58,604 bases of DNA, from positions 1 through 58,604 of IMG/VR virus record IMGVR_UViG_3300047557_000735; one strand, given 5' to 3'. The stretch is from a virus (lineage: Duplodnaviria; Caudoviricetes). Shown here in pieces: positions 1-9,094 of the stretch. Position 1 is the first letter of the stretch. The number at the start of each line of letters is the position of its first letter. The notes below the pieces were generated by a model that saw only the letters and a program-made list of their open reading frames with translations, made no database searches and was not told the DNA's origin. The translations under genes were made by a program, and so were the position numbers.

Positions 1-240
1 GGCGGTGGTGGGGGCTATCCCGGTGGTGGCGGTAATAGTAGCTCGGGTGGAGGCGGTGGTGGTGGCCCCGGACCCGGTGGACCGGGCGGTGGTCGAGGTG
101 CTGCTGGAAGTAATGGTAGCCCCATCGGTGGTGCAAACCCACGCTCTGGTGGTCCCGGAGGCGGCGCTGGCTACTACATCATTGGTAATCCGTTTGTGAC
201 ATGGGCGGCAACAGGAACGAGACAAGGGCCAGCGGGGTGA
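1..240 (+). CDS. Partial (5'-truncated) glycine-rich tail adhesin, T-even gp38-like C-terminus
   Basis: Frame 1, not in the ORF track, reads GGGGGYPGGGGNSSSGGGGGGGPGPGGPGGGRGAAGSNGSPIGGANPRSGGPGGGAGYYIIGNPFVTWAATGTRQGPAG-TGA(238-240). Polyglycine tracts followed by GGAG..I.GN...W...G recall gp38 adhesins. Confidence 0.65.
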   Translation, partial: GGGGGYPGGGGNSSSGGGGGGGPGPGGPGGGRGAAGSNGSPIGGANPRSGGPGGGAGYYIIGNPFVTWAATGTRQGPAG

Positions 241-241
241 T

Positions 242-583
242 ATGGATAAAGTAAGAATGCGAATTGTTGGATATGACGACATCAGCCACTCGCTGGTAGT
301 TTGCTTTGCATCAGACACAACCAAAAGCCAAGACCCGATGGACTACCCCACTTACGCGTTTCAGCCGCTAACCATGTGGCCTGACGTGACAGATCCTAAT
401 GAGATCAAAAAGCGTATTGCTATGGCGGGGATGCACCACGCTCAGATGCAGGAAGCCAAGGAAAACTTTATTGCTGACCAACAGCGCGTCAACGCATTCA
501 AAGGAATGGTAGGGCAAGTGCATGAGTTCACAGTCAACGAATTAACTGTTGTGGCGCACGAGACGCCATTTCAGGTGGTGTGA
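242..583 (+). CDS. Hypothetical protein (tail-associated cluster)
   Basis: 113 aa ORF starting 1 nt after the upstream stop and overlapping the next gene. Confidence 0.75.
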   Translation: MDKVRMRIVGYDDISHSLVVCFASDTTKSQDPMDYPTYAFQPLTMWPDVTDPNEIKKRIAMAGMHHAQMQEAKENFIADQQRVNAFKGMVGQVHEFTVNELTVVAHETPFQVV

Positions 584-1056
584 TGAGACGCAAACCCTAC
601 GCTGCATTTGGTCGCGTCCTGTACGCAAACTACTACGACAAGGGCGATGTGGTTGAGGTTCAGACTAACGCTTCTAGCCGGATCGTATTGTTCTTCAGTG
701 AGGGTAACTTCACGGCGCGAGATAAATACACAGGCGAAGTGCAGCTACAGTGCAACACGGGTTGGTTCTCTTACGGCGACCATCAAGACCGGCTTATGCT
801 GTGCACTGCCAATGAGCCTACAGTGTGCTGGTGTTATGACCCGGAGATCAACCAAGGGTATGTACCGCCCATTAGCGTGTTTGAAATGAAGCAGGGTCAG
901 GAGATGTTCTTGGATTCAAACACAACACTGTTCCTGTGCAAGGGCACCATGCTGGTTAACGAGCGCCAGTACATGGGTCCGTATCAGTTGGCGGTGCGTA
1001 CTAACGGCAACAAAGCTGTGGCAATAACCGATGTCAACGGACTACTGTTTAGATGA
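580..1056 (+). CDS. Hypothetical protein, possibly beta-rich cupin-like
   Basis: 158 aa ORF coupled on both sides (GTGA/ATGA overlaps). The fold is a guess. Confidence 0.7.
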   Translation: MMRRKPYAAFGRVLYANYYDKGDVVEVQTNASSRIVLFFSEGNFTARDKYTGEVQLQCNTGWFSYGDHQDRLMLCTANEPTVCWCYDPEINQGYVPPISVFEMKQGQEMFLDSNTTLFLCKGTMLVNERQYMGPYQLAVRTNGNKAVAITDVNGLLFR

Positions 1057-1583
1057 AACATGCGACGAAGCTGCCGATCAAAATTGATCTGACCCCGTTC
1101 AGGGAAGAGCTTCTTGCGCCCCATCAAAAGTATTACCGTGTTCAGAAGTACGCCCGCAACTTAGACGGCACATCCATTCCTTACACTGAGACGCTAAGGG
1201 TTTTGAATGAAGCAGAATTTGTGGCGCAGCTACCAGAAGCGTTGGTTGCTATCGAGTGGCCCAGCGTGTTCTTGCTTGAACTCCCTGCCTTGGATGCGCA
1301 AGACCCCGTGCTACCTGCACACGTAGACATCAACAAGACCTGCGGCATCAACGTCTATCTGGATACGCATGGTGAAGTAACCAAGTTTTATCGTTGGGGG
1401 CGAGATAGCCGACAGTCTGAGTATGTGGAAGAGTTCTGCGCAGACACTGGGGATGTGTGGCTGATGGATACATCGGTGCCGCACTCAGTGGATATGAAGC
1501 CAAATAAGACGCGCAGGATGCTGACGTTTTCCTTTACCAAGGCCAAGTATGCGGAGGTGCTTTCGTGCTTCGCAACCAGATAA
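1053..1583 (+). CDS. Putative 2OG-Fe(II) oxygenase / cupin-fold dioxygenase
   Basis: HxD (AHVD), then W.MDTSVPHSV (distal His), then RRMLTFSF. Confidence 0.65.
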   Translation: MKHATKLPIKIDLTPFREELLAPHQKYYRVQKYARNLDGTSIPYTETLRVLNEAEFVAQLPEALVAIEWPSVFLLELPALDAQDPVLPAHVDINKTCGINVYLDTHGEVTKFYRWGRDSRQSEYVEEFCADTGDVWLMDTSVPHSVDMKPNKTRRMLTFSFTKAKYAEVLSCFATR

Positions 1584-2125
1584 TCCGGGACATAAAGGCG
1601 GACAACGGCAGAAGACTTACGGTGTACGACAACGTATTGGATTTTGAGTTTCGTAATCGAGTGTACAACTTTGCGCAGAGTTCACTGTTTCAGATAGGTT
1701 GGGCAGATGGATGCATCGTAGAGAATAAGCAGCACAGGTTTTTGCACTCGGTGTATTCGGACGAAGACTTGGCTCGGTTGGGAATATTGGAGAAGTTGGC
1801 AGAAACGCCGGTAGCGCAAGAAGTGGTAGGGTACACGCGGACTAAATGCATACTGAACCTGTCCACCCCAGCGGATGCCAACTTTGTGCATTCGCATCCA
1901 GAAGAAAAGATTTTGCTGTACTACGTCAATCTGGAATGGAAGGACGGATGGCATGGCGAGACGCTGTTCTTTGATGAGTCGTGCAAGGACGTTGTGTACA
2001 CAAGCCCGTATACACCGGGACGCATTATTGCGTTTGATGGGAGAACGCCACACACCATTAGGCCACAGTCGTTCTTGTCGCCGTTTTACAGATTTACCTT
2101 GACGTTGCTTTACACAAAATGTTGA
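1565..2125 (+). CDS. 2OG-Fe(II) oxygenase superfamily protein
   Basis: VHSH, LLYYVN.EW...W.GETLF, PGRIIAFDG..PHTIRP, RFTL. It has HxH in place of HxD. Confidence 0.8.
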   Translation: MLRNQIIRDIKADNGRRLTVYDNVLDFEFRNRVYNFAQSSLFQIGWADGCIVENKQHRFLHSVYSDEDLARLGILEKLAETPVAQEVVGYTRTKCILNLSTPADANFVHSHPEEKILLYYVNLEWKDGWHGETLFFDESCKDVVYTSPYTPGRIIAFDGRTPHTIRPQSFLSPFYRFTLTLLYTKC

Positions 2126-2604
2126 TCGTGCTGGATGACGTTTTAAGCGAGCCGCACCGACAGGCGGTAGTGGGTTTTTTCTCCCAAAGCGACGAGGCGC
2201 GGGCGATGAAGTGGGAGCCGGGTGGGGTAGACAAGTTACATGGTAATAACGCACCGATGGCGCTTTTGTTGAAACGGGCGGCTGATTATTTTGATTTGTC
2301 CTTGATGGTTGGCAGTGAATACTGGGCGCATTACGGAACCCGACCAGACTGGCATATCGATAAAGACGAGAAGCTGTACCAGATGTCTGGCAATACGGAG
2401 TGCCCGATTTGCAGCATCGTGTATTACGCCGACGTAGATGTGGTGGGCGGTAACTTTGTAACGGAGACAGTATCTGTGCAGCCAGTAACAAACAGGATGA
2501 TTGTGTTTTCCCCCGGCTTGATGCATGGGGTAGAGAAATACACAGGCACTCGGCTGTCGGTGGCTGTTAATCCTTGGGCACGTAAACCTTTGGGGTACGT
2601 ATGA
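2119..2604 (+). CDS. 2OG-Fe(II) oxygenase superfamily protein
   Basis: WHID, SIVYY, GG.F, NRMIVF, HGV, RLSVAVN. Confidence 0.85.
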   Translation: MLIVLDDVLSEPHRQAVVGFFSQSDEARAMKWEPGGVDKLHGNNAPMALLLKRAADYFDLSLMVGSEYWAHYGTRPDWHIDKDEKLYQMSGNTECPICSIVYYADVDVVGGNFVTETVSVQPVTNRMIVFSPGLMHGVEKYTGTRLSVAVNPWARKPLGYV

Positions 2605-3200
2605 TTATTGCAATACCACCACGCATAGCTTATGGACAGGATGAGATTGCCTTCTGGGATGGGTTCCTGACAGAAGAGGAGATTAACTTTCTTCTAGCCC
2701 AGCCTGAGTGGGTGCAGCGCGAGGCAGGTTGTGTTGGCGGTGTTGGCGGTGCAGTAGTTGACCCAAGCATACGGGAGACAAGTGTTGGTTGGATAGGCCC
2801 GAAACCTGAGATGGAAGCTCTATGGGGCAAGCTCTCCCGAGTAGTGGCAGAAGTCAACCGACGCTACTTCCATTTTGATCTGACCGGGTTCCATGAGCCT
2901 ATGCAACTGGGGGTTTACACCGGGGATACAGGTGGGCATTATGGCTGGCATACGGATGCGTCTTCGCAGGATTCTGGGGTGCCGCGCAAGCTATCGATGG
3001 CGCTTCTACTGTCAGATCCGTCCGAGTTTGAGGGTGGTGAGTTTCAAGTAAAGACAACGAGTGACGAGGCCAAGACATTGGAGTCAAAGCGTGGCAGAGC
3101 GTGGTTCTTTCCGTCCTACACACTGCATCGGGTGACCCCTGTGACCAAAGGCGTTCGTCGTTCATTAGTGTTATGGGTCGGCGGCCCACCGTTTAAATAG
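2601..3200 (+). CDS. Prolyl-4-hydroxylase-like (PKHD-type) 2OG-Fe(II) oxygenase
   Basis: YGWHTD, RKLSM, EFEGGEF, FPSYTLHRVTPVTKGVRRSLVLW. Confidence 0.92.
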   Translation: MIIAIPPRIAYGQDEIAFWDGFLTEEEINFLLAQPEWVQREAGCVGGVGGAVVDPSIRETSVGWIGPKPEMEALWGKLSRVVAEVNRRYFHFDLTGFHEPMQLGVYTGDTGGHYGWHTDASSQDSGVPRKLSMALLLSDPSEFEGGEFQVKTTSDEAKTLESKRGRAWFFPSYTLHRVTPVTKGVRRSLVLWVGGPPFK

Positions 3201-3207
3201 GTTTGCT

Positions 3208-5115
3208 ATGCCACTACAGAAATTACAATTTCGCCCCGGCGTAAACCGCGAAGGCACAACGCTTGCCAACGAGGGCGGCTGGTATGACTGCGACAAGATT
3301 CGGTTCCGCTCTGGCTATCCTGAGAAGATCGGCGGCTGGGCTGCGCTGTCGTACAACACCTTCCTTGGTGTGTGCCGCTCCATGTGGAATTGGGTAACAC
3401 TTAAAAGCTATAACCTGCTGGGTGTTGGTACGAACCTGAAGTTCTATGTTGAAGACGGCGGTGACTATTACGACATCACCCCCCTGCGGGAGATAAACGG
3501 CAACACGCCCTCTGCTGGGCCGCCCGTAGTTAACGCTTCTACGATTAGCCTTACAGCCAGCGGTACAACAATGACGGTATCTGACAGTTCCGCAGATAGT
3601 TTGCAGGCTAATGATTTTGTGACCATCGCAGGTGCCGGTACGATTGGCGGCGTGAACGTTAATGGTGAGTATCAGATTGTTGAAGTTCTCACAGGCACCA
3701 CTTATACAGTGACGTTGGCTACGGCAACGACAGGATCTAACTCTGCGGCGACAATTACGATTGCCTACCAGATCAATACAGGTTTTCCTATTTACACCAT
3801 CGGTACAGGCTGGGGCACGGGACCTTGGTCTCGCGGTACTTGGGGGTCAGGCTTTACAACCGGCTTTGGTTTGCAGTTGCGCCTTTGGAGTCAGTCTAAC
3901 TTTGGTGAAGACTTGCTGTTCTCACCACGCGGTGGCGCACTATATCTGTGGCAACCGGGCAGCGGTGCTACTCCTGCGTTTGGAACACGAGGTACTTTGG
4001 TTTCTGGTCTGGATGTCCCGTCTCAGATTAACCAGATCATGGTGTCAGATACATCACGAATTGTGATTGCGTTTGGTTGTAATGACTACGGCGCTTACGG
4101 CACAACTACTCAAGACCCGCTGCTTATTCGTTGGTCTGAACAAGAGAGCTACACAAACTGGACCCCAGCGGCGACAAACCAAGCGGGCAGCTACCGCCTC
4201 TCACACGGCTCAGAAATTGTGGGCGCGATGCAGACTCGTCAAGAAATCGTTGTGTGGACGGACGCTGCTATTTACTCGATGCAGTATCTTGGACCGCCGT
4301 TTGTTTATGGCTTCACACTTCTCGCCGACAACATCTCCATCGTCTCCCCCAACGCTATGGCAACTGCTGCTGGTGTGGTGTACTGGATGGGTGTTGATAA
4401 GTTCTACATCTACTCTGGTCGCGTGGAGACGCTCCCATGCTCGGTGCGTCAGTTCATCTTCAACGACATTAACCGTGACCAAGAAGCGCAGTTTAACGCT
4501 GGCACCAACGAGGGCTACTCAGAAGTCTGGTGGAATTATTGTTCCAAGAACTCGACTGTCGTAGACCGCTACGTCATCTTTAATTATCTGGATCGGGTGT
4601 GGTACTACGGCACCCTAGACCGTACGGCTTGGCTGGACTCGCCGCTGCGTCAGTTTCCTATGGGGGCAACGGCTGGCAATATCATTGTGTACCACGAAGC
4701 GGCGGTGGACGATGGTAGTACGAACCCACCAAGCGCAATCAACGCGTACATACAGTCGTCAGACTTTGATATTGGTGACGGGCACAACTACGGATTTGTC
4801 TGGCGTATCTTGCCGGATATTACGTTTGATGGTTCTGACACCACAGGCGCGACAAGCGATAAACCATTTGTTGCTTTCACCGTACGTCCACGTCAAAACC
4901 CGGGTTCATCTTATGGTGTGGCGGCATCACCAAACGTTACCTCGGCGCAAAGCTATGCCGGGCAGACCACCTACAACGTGCAGCAGTTTACAGAGATTGT
5001 GTATAGCCGAGTGCGTGGCAGACAGATGGCGTTCAAAGTAGCGTCTAATAGTATTGGCACACAGTGGCAGTTGGGCGTACCCCGTATCGATGTTCGTCCG
5101 GACGGTAGGAACTAA
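3208..5115 (+). CDS. Tail stabilisation/nozzle protein (podovirus tail tubular B / P22 gp10-like)
   Basis: 635 aa beta-rich protein with IRWS.QE...W and VYWMG...FY.YSG.V..LPC motifs. It precedes the internal virion genes. Confidence 0.7.
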   Translation: MPLQKLQFRPGVNREGTTLANEGGWYDCDKIRFRSGYPEKIGGWAALSYNTFLGVCRSMWNWVTLKSYNLLGVGTNLKFYVEDGGDYYDITPLREINGNTPSAGPPVVNASTISLTASGTTMTVSDSSADSLQANDFVTIAGAGTIGGVNVNGEYQIVEVLTGTTYTVTLATATTGSNSAATITIAYQINTGFPIYTIGTGWGTGPWSRGTWGSGFTTGFGLQLRLWSQSNFGEDLLFSPRGGALYLWQPGSGATPAFGTRGTLVSGLDVPSQINQIMVSDTSRIVIAFGCNDYGAYGTTTQDPLLIRWSEQESYTNWTPAATNQAGSYRLSHGSEIVGAMQTRQEIVVWTDAAIYSMQYLGPPFVYGFTLLADNISIVSPNAMATAAGVVYWMGVDKFYIYSGRVETLPCSVRQFIFNDINRDQEAQFNAGTNEGYSEVWWNYCSKNSTVVDRYVIFNYLDRVWYYGTLDRTAWLDSPLRQFPMGATAGNIIVYHEAAVDDGSTNPPSAINAYIQSSDFDIGDGHNYGFVWRILPDITFDGSDTTGATSDKPFVAFTVRPRQNPGSSYGVAASPNVTSAQSYAGQTTYNVQQFTEIVYSRVRGRQMAFKVASNSIGTQWQLGVPRIDVRPDGRN

Positions 5116-5984
5116 TGACCGCATTTACTCAAGTTGTTACCACAGAGACGACCTCGCTTACGACGGTTAAGTCTCCCGCGCTGCCGTTTGCGCCAGTGCA
5201 GTACGACCGTGGGTACCACGATACGCTAAACAACATTCTGCGCCAGTACTTCAACACAATAGATGCGCTGATAAGTCAGTTGCGCGTGGGCAATCTAAAC
5301 ACGCTGGCGCTACCGCAGGGCGCGTTTTTCCAAGATGGTGTCACAACACTTTCTGCCGGTATAAACAACGCAGTCACCACTATCCCTGTCGTATCCACAA
5401 CGGGGTTTCAAAACGCGGGTGTAATACTTATTGGGTCTGAACTTATATCGTACACCGGCAAGACAGCTACTTCGTTTACCGGCTGCACTCGTGGGCAGTA
5501 TGGCTCAAGCAATGCCGCGCATTTGGCGGGTGTTTACGTAGGTGAGGCGCAAGCGGCATCAGGTTCAATTGCGCTTGTTATGACTGAGACATCCAGTAGC
5601 AATGGTGTAGCACTTGATCCAGCAGACAAGTCCAAAATTGTGTTTGATACGGCTGGGTATTACAACATTCAGTTTAGTGTCCAGCTACTGTCGTTTGATA
5701 ATGCAGTGGACAACGTGACGCTGTGGTTCAAAAAGAACGGTACCAACATCGACTACAGTGCAGGTATTGGCACCATTCCAGCAAGGATCAGTGCGACCAA
5801 ACCAGCTACGGCAATTATCTCGTGGAACATTATTATCCCAGTCAATGCCAACGACTACATCCAGCTTTATTTCGCATCGGATAGCGGCAACACTTTGGCG
5901 GTGACTTACCCGCCGGGAACTAGCCCAGCACACCCGACTTCACCGTCGGTTATCTTAACGGCAACCTTTACTTCGGCGCTGTAA
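5115..5984 (+). CDS. Virion structural protein (tail-associated)
   Basis: 289 aa with an ELISYTGKT...FTGCTRG motif typical of phage tail proteins. Confidence 0.65.
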   Translation: MTAFTQVVTTETTSLTTVKSPALPFAPVQYDRGYHDTLNNILRQYFNTIDALISQLRVGNLNTLALPQGAFFQDGVTTLSAGINNAVTTIPVVSTTGFQNAGVILIGSELISYTGKTATSFTGCTRGQYGSSNAAHLAGVYVGEAQAASGSIALVMTETSSSNGVALDPADKSKIVFDTAGYYNIQFSVQLLSFDNAVDNVTLWFKKNGTNIDYSAGIGTIPARISATKPATAIISWNIIIPVNANDYIQLYFASDSGNTLAVTYPPGTSPAHPTSPSVILTATFTSAL

Positions 5985-6044
5985 GCCTATGCTTTGCGTA
6001 CGTACGATGATAAACTTTGACAAATTTTTCAGGATGAGGTAGCG

Positions 6045-8627
6045 ATGAGCCTCCACACACTAGCCAACCACCTTCAGTCTGCTGGTCGCGGCGAGGACAA
6101 AGTACTTGTCCACATGACTCCCGGCGAAGTTAATGGGCTGCAATCCCTTGCAATGGCCCACGGCGGCTCCCTCACGATCAACCCAGAGACCGGTCTGCCT
6201 GAAGCTGGGATCTTAAAGAGTTTGCTGCCGATGATTGCTGGTTTTGCCCTTGGGCCAGCAGGGCTAGGTATGACCGCGATGCAAGCTGGTTTAACCACAG
6301 CCGCGATAGGCGCTGCTTCCACAGGCAGTCTAACAAAAGGTTTGATGGCGGGTCTCGGCGCGTACAGTGGAGCGGGATTGGGTGCTGGTTTGCAATCTAT
6401 GGCTGCTCCAGCTACCGCACCTGCCGTGCCCGGGCTGTCTCCAACAGTAGCAGCCAACCCAAGTGCGTTGGCGGGAACCAGCCCACTGGCAAAAGTGGGC
6501 GCGGAAGACATACTTACTTCGACGGATGATTTAATGGGGATTAAACCCGGATTTTACGATCCGCGTACGTCTTCTGTGTTTGTTAAAAACGCTCCAGTTG
6601 TAGCGGCTCCGCCCGCCGACGCTGCAAAATTCTTGACTACAGACGCAACAAACAAATCAGTTTTGGGCAAGCTGGGCTATACAGGTCCGGGGTCTTTGCC
6701 AACCGCAGGGACTACTCCCGTTGTAACCACAACTCCGCCTGCGGCAATAGAAACCGTGGTGCCAGAACCAGTGGCAATAAAGCCGCCAAGAGCAGATACA
6801 TATTTTGATGCAAGATATGACGCATATAGCCCTGTTAAAGACTCTGGTTTTGGGATCAGAGGTGGTGCCGCGCAAAAAGTTCCAAGCTCCATTACATCGG
6901 ATGTGTACGGCGGCGCTCCTAAATTAGAAACTTCTGCTGCACGAAACGGAGTTCGTACCATAGAAGTAGATGATTTTGTACCAAAAGAAGTTAACGTGAT
7001 GCCCAACGCTTCGGCATCTAAAGGCCCAATTGATTTGACATACGACGGTATCCCATACAAATATGGAGACGGCAGGCAGTCAATTTCTTTTGCTGAAAAC
7101 CACACATTACTGAAAGACCCGACGCGAGGTCCGGTTGATTTAACATACGATGGTATTCCCTACAAATATGGGGATGGTAGGCAGTCAATTGCTTTTGGCG
7201 AGAACCATACTCTGCTGAGAGATCCGCTTGTACCCATAGAATCGAGAACAAGCCCGGTACCAATAGAAACGCGTGTTGCTCCTAAAGAAGTATCACTTGC
7301 AAGGCCAAGACAGGAGTTGTTCCCCGGTGGGGAGTCAATAGCGTCCCCTCGGTCACTTTCCGGTCCGTTTAGAGGGCGCATGGCTGAACTAGGCCGTGGT
7401 GCAGAAGCATCATTCTCCAGCCTTGAAGGGTTAAAGGGATTGTACGCAGCATCTGAAGCTGCTGCTCCTTATGGCATGTACGCTGGTCTTGGTAGTACCG
7501 CATACACCATGTACGATGAGAAGCGGCAACAAATGGAAGATGAGGCTCGGGCAAGAGCAGAGGCCGACAGGGGGCTGATCCGTCCGTATACGTTTGATTA
7601 CGGCGGAGAAAGTGTGTCTGCCCAACCATATTACGGCAGTGCAGAGCGCACCTATTTCCGACCAACTTATACGGAGCGTCCTTCTTATAAAGCGCCGGGG
7701 CCTGAGTATGCTGCCAAGGGTGGTTTGATGGGCTTGGCTGTTGGTGGTCCTGTTGAACAGATGGCCGCGATGAATGCGGTGGGAGCAAACACAGGCTACC
7801 CGATGGCAAGTATTAACACGCCTGTTTACAGCAACCCCATGATGCAGCGTCCTGAAGCCACAAATGTAGTCGCCCCGTCAGCAGATGCAGGAGTTGGTAC
7901 TTATTCTGGCGAAATGCGTTTTGCAAGAGGTGGGGATACCGCAGAACCAGAAAGCTCTGGGTACACGTACTCTTATGATCCAAAAACAAGCCAGTTTACG
8001 CAGACGGGTGGTCCGGGAGCAATGCCATCGGACAAGGATTTAGCTAACGGTCTTGCAGCGCAAGACATGCATCGCCGTTTTGTTGAATCACAAGTTACTG
8101 GTAAGCCATACAACTCTACGCCAAGCTGGTTACAAAATACCGCAACACCCAACGGACCAGTAAGCGGTGGCGTAGCTACCCCCATGATGCAACCCGCAGC
8201 CCCGGCTCAATCGTTTATTCCAAACATCAATGTCCCTGCGTATCAGACACCAGAGCAGCAGCTTGGTCTGGGTGGGTTCTATGACTACATGAATCGTCAG
8301 ATGGGCGGTTACAAAGGATACGCAATGGGCGGTGGTGTTTCACATCTTGGTGACTATTCTGATGGTGGGCGACTATTGAAAGGACCCGGCGATGGAGTTT
8401 CGGATTCTATCCCTGCTTCTATTGGTAACAGGCAACCTGCTCGTCTTGCTGATGGTGAGTTTGTGGTACCCGCACGTATTGTGTCCGAAATCGGAAACGG
8501 TTCAACCGAAGCCGGTGCCCGCAAGCTATACGCGATGATGGACCGTGTGCAGAAAGCCAGACGCAAAACGGTAGGAAAAGATCAAGTAGCGCGTAACACG
8601 AAAGCAGAAAAACTTTTACCCGCATGA
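6045..8627 (+). CDS. Internal virion / ejection protein
   Basis: N-terminal GRGED..LVHM..GE...INPETGLPE and a hydrophobic Gly/Ala segment. C-terminal GPGDGVSDSIPA...ARLADGEFVVPA. Several AxGG motifs. Confidence 0.7.
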   Translation: MSLHTLANHLQSAGRGEDKVLVHMTPGEVNGLQSLAMAHGGSLTINPETGLPEAGILKSLLPMIAGFALGPAGLGMTAMQAGLTTAAIGAASTGSLTKGLMAGLGAYSGAGLGAGLQSMAAPATAPAVPGLSPTVAANPSALAGTSPLAKVGAEDILTSTDDLMGIKPGFYDPRTSSVFVKNAPVVAAPPADAAKFLTTDATNKSVLGKLGYTGPGSLPTAGTTPVVTTTPPAAIETVVPEPVAIKPPRADTYFDARYDAYSPVKDSGFGIRGGAAQKVPSSITSDVYGGAPKLETSAARNGVRTIEVDDFVPKEVNVMPNASASKGPIDLTYDGIPYKYGDGRQSISFAENHTLLKDPTRGPVDLTYDGIPYKYGDGRQSIAFGENHTLLRDPLVPIESRTSPVPIETRVAPKEVSLARPRQELFPGGESIASPRSLSGPFRGRMAELGRGAEASFSSLEGLKGLYAASEAAAPYGMYAGLGSTAYTMYDEKRQQMEDEARARAEADRGLIRPYTFDYGGESVSAQPYYGSAERTYFRPTYTERPSYKAPGPEYAAKGGLMGLAVGGPVEQMAAMNAVGANTGYPMASINTPVYSNPMMQRPEATNVVAPSADAGVGTYSGEMRFARGGDTAEPESSGYTYSYDPKTSQFTQTGGPGAMPSDKDLANGLAAQDMHRRFVESQVTGKPYNSTPSWLQNTATPNGPVSGGVATPMMQPAAPAQSFIPNINVPAYQTPEQQLGLGGFYDYMNRQMGGYKGYAMGGGVSHLGDYSDGGRLLKGPGDGVSDSIPASIGNRQPARLADGEFVVPARIVSEIGNGSTEAGARKLYAMMDRVQKARRKTVGKDQVARNTKAEKLLPA
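7023..7226 (+). repeat. Intragenic tandem duplication, 105-nt period (35 aa)
   Basis: GPIDLTYDGIPYKYGDGRQSISFAENHTLLKDP versus GPVDLTYDGIPYKYGDGRQSIAFGENHTLLRDP, starting at 7023 and 7128. Confidence 0.95.
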
Positions 8628-9085
8628 GTTACACATTTCATCTTGGTAAACATCGGGAATCGTTTGAAGAGCTAGAACCGTTGTACCGCCAGCATTACGA
8701 TGAAATGGTTGAGAGGCTTGCTAAGGATGGCATACCTTACTCACCATATAACCCGAGGTGGAATGAGTACTGGCGTGCAAGTGATGGTGGTTGGTTGCTA
8801 ACGTTTATCTTGAGGCACGAAGGGAAAGCTGTCGGCTGCAGTAATGTTTATCTTACAAACGACATGCACAACGGTGACTTAATTGCACAAGAAGACACCA
8901 TTTATGTTTTGCCAGAACACCGTAATGGAATAGGTAAGAAGTTTGTGCGGGTGATACTGGATGAATTAAAAGAGCGCGGCGTGAAGAGAGTATCCGTTGC
9001 TGCGTTAACAGATTTGAGGGTTGCCAAGCTCTGGAAAAGGATGGGCTTTAAAGAGGCAGCGGTTCAAATGATATATACATTTTGA
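8624..9085 (+). CDS. GNAT-family acetyltransferase
   Basis: IYVLPEHRNGIGKKF acetyl-CoA-binding motif and C-terminal LWKRMGF. It sits among the internal virion genes. Confidence 0.85.
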   Translation: MSYTFHLGKHRESFEELEPLYRQHYDEMVERLAKDGIPYSPYNPRWNEYWRASDGGWLLTFILRHEGKAVGCSNVYLTNDMHNGDLIAQEDTIYVLPEHRNGIGKKFVRVILDELKERGVKRVSVAALTDLRVAKLWKRMGFKEAAVQMIYTF

Positions 9086-9094
9086 GGTAATACT

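Noticed and set aside
5-199. 64-aa Val-rich ORF in the track
   Set aside because: It is a shadow of the Gly-rich frame-1 gene, which ends 1 nt before the next ATG.
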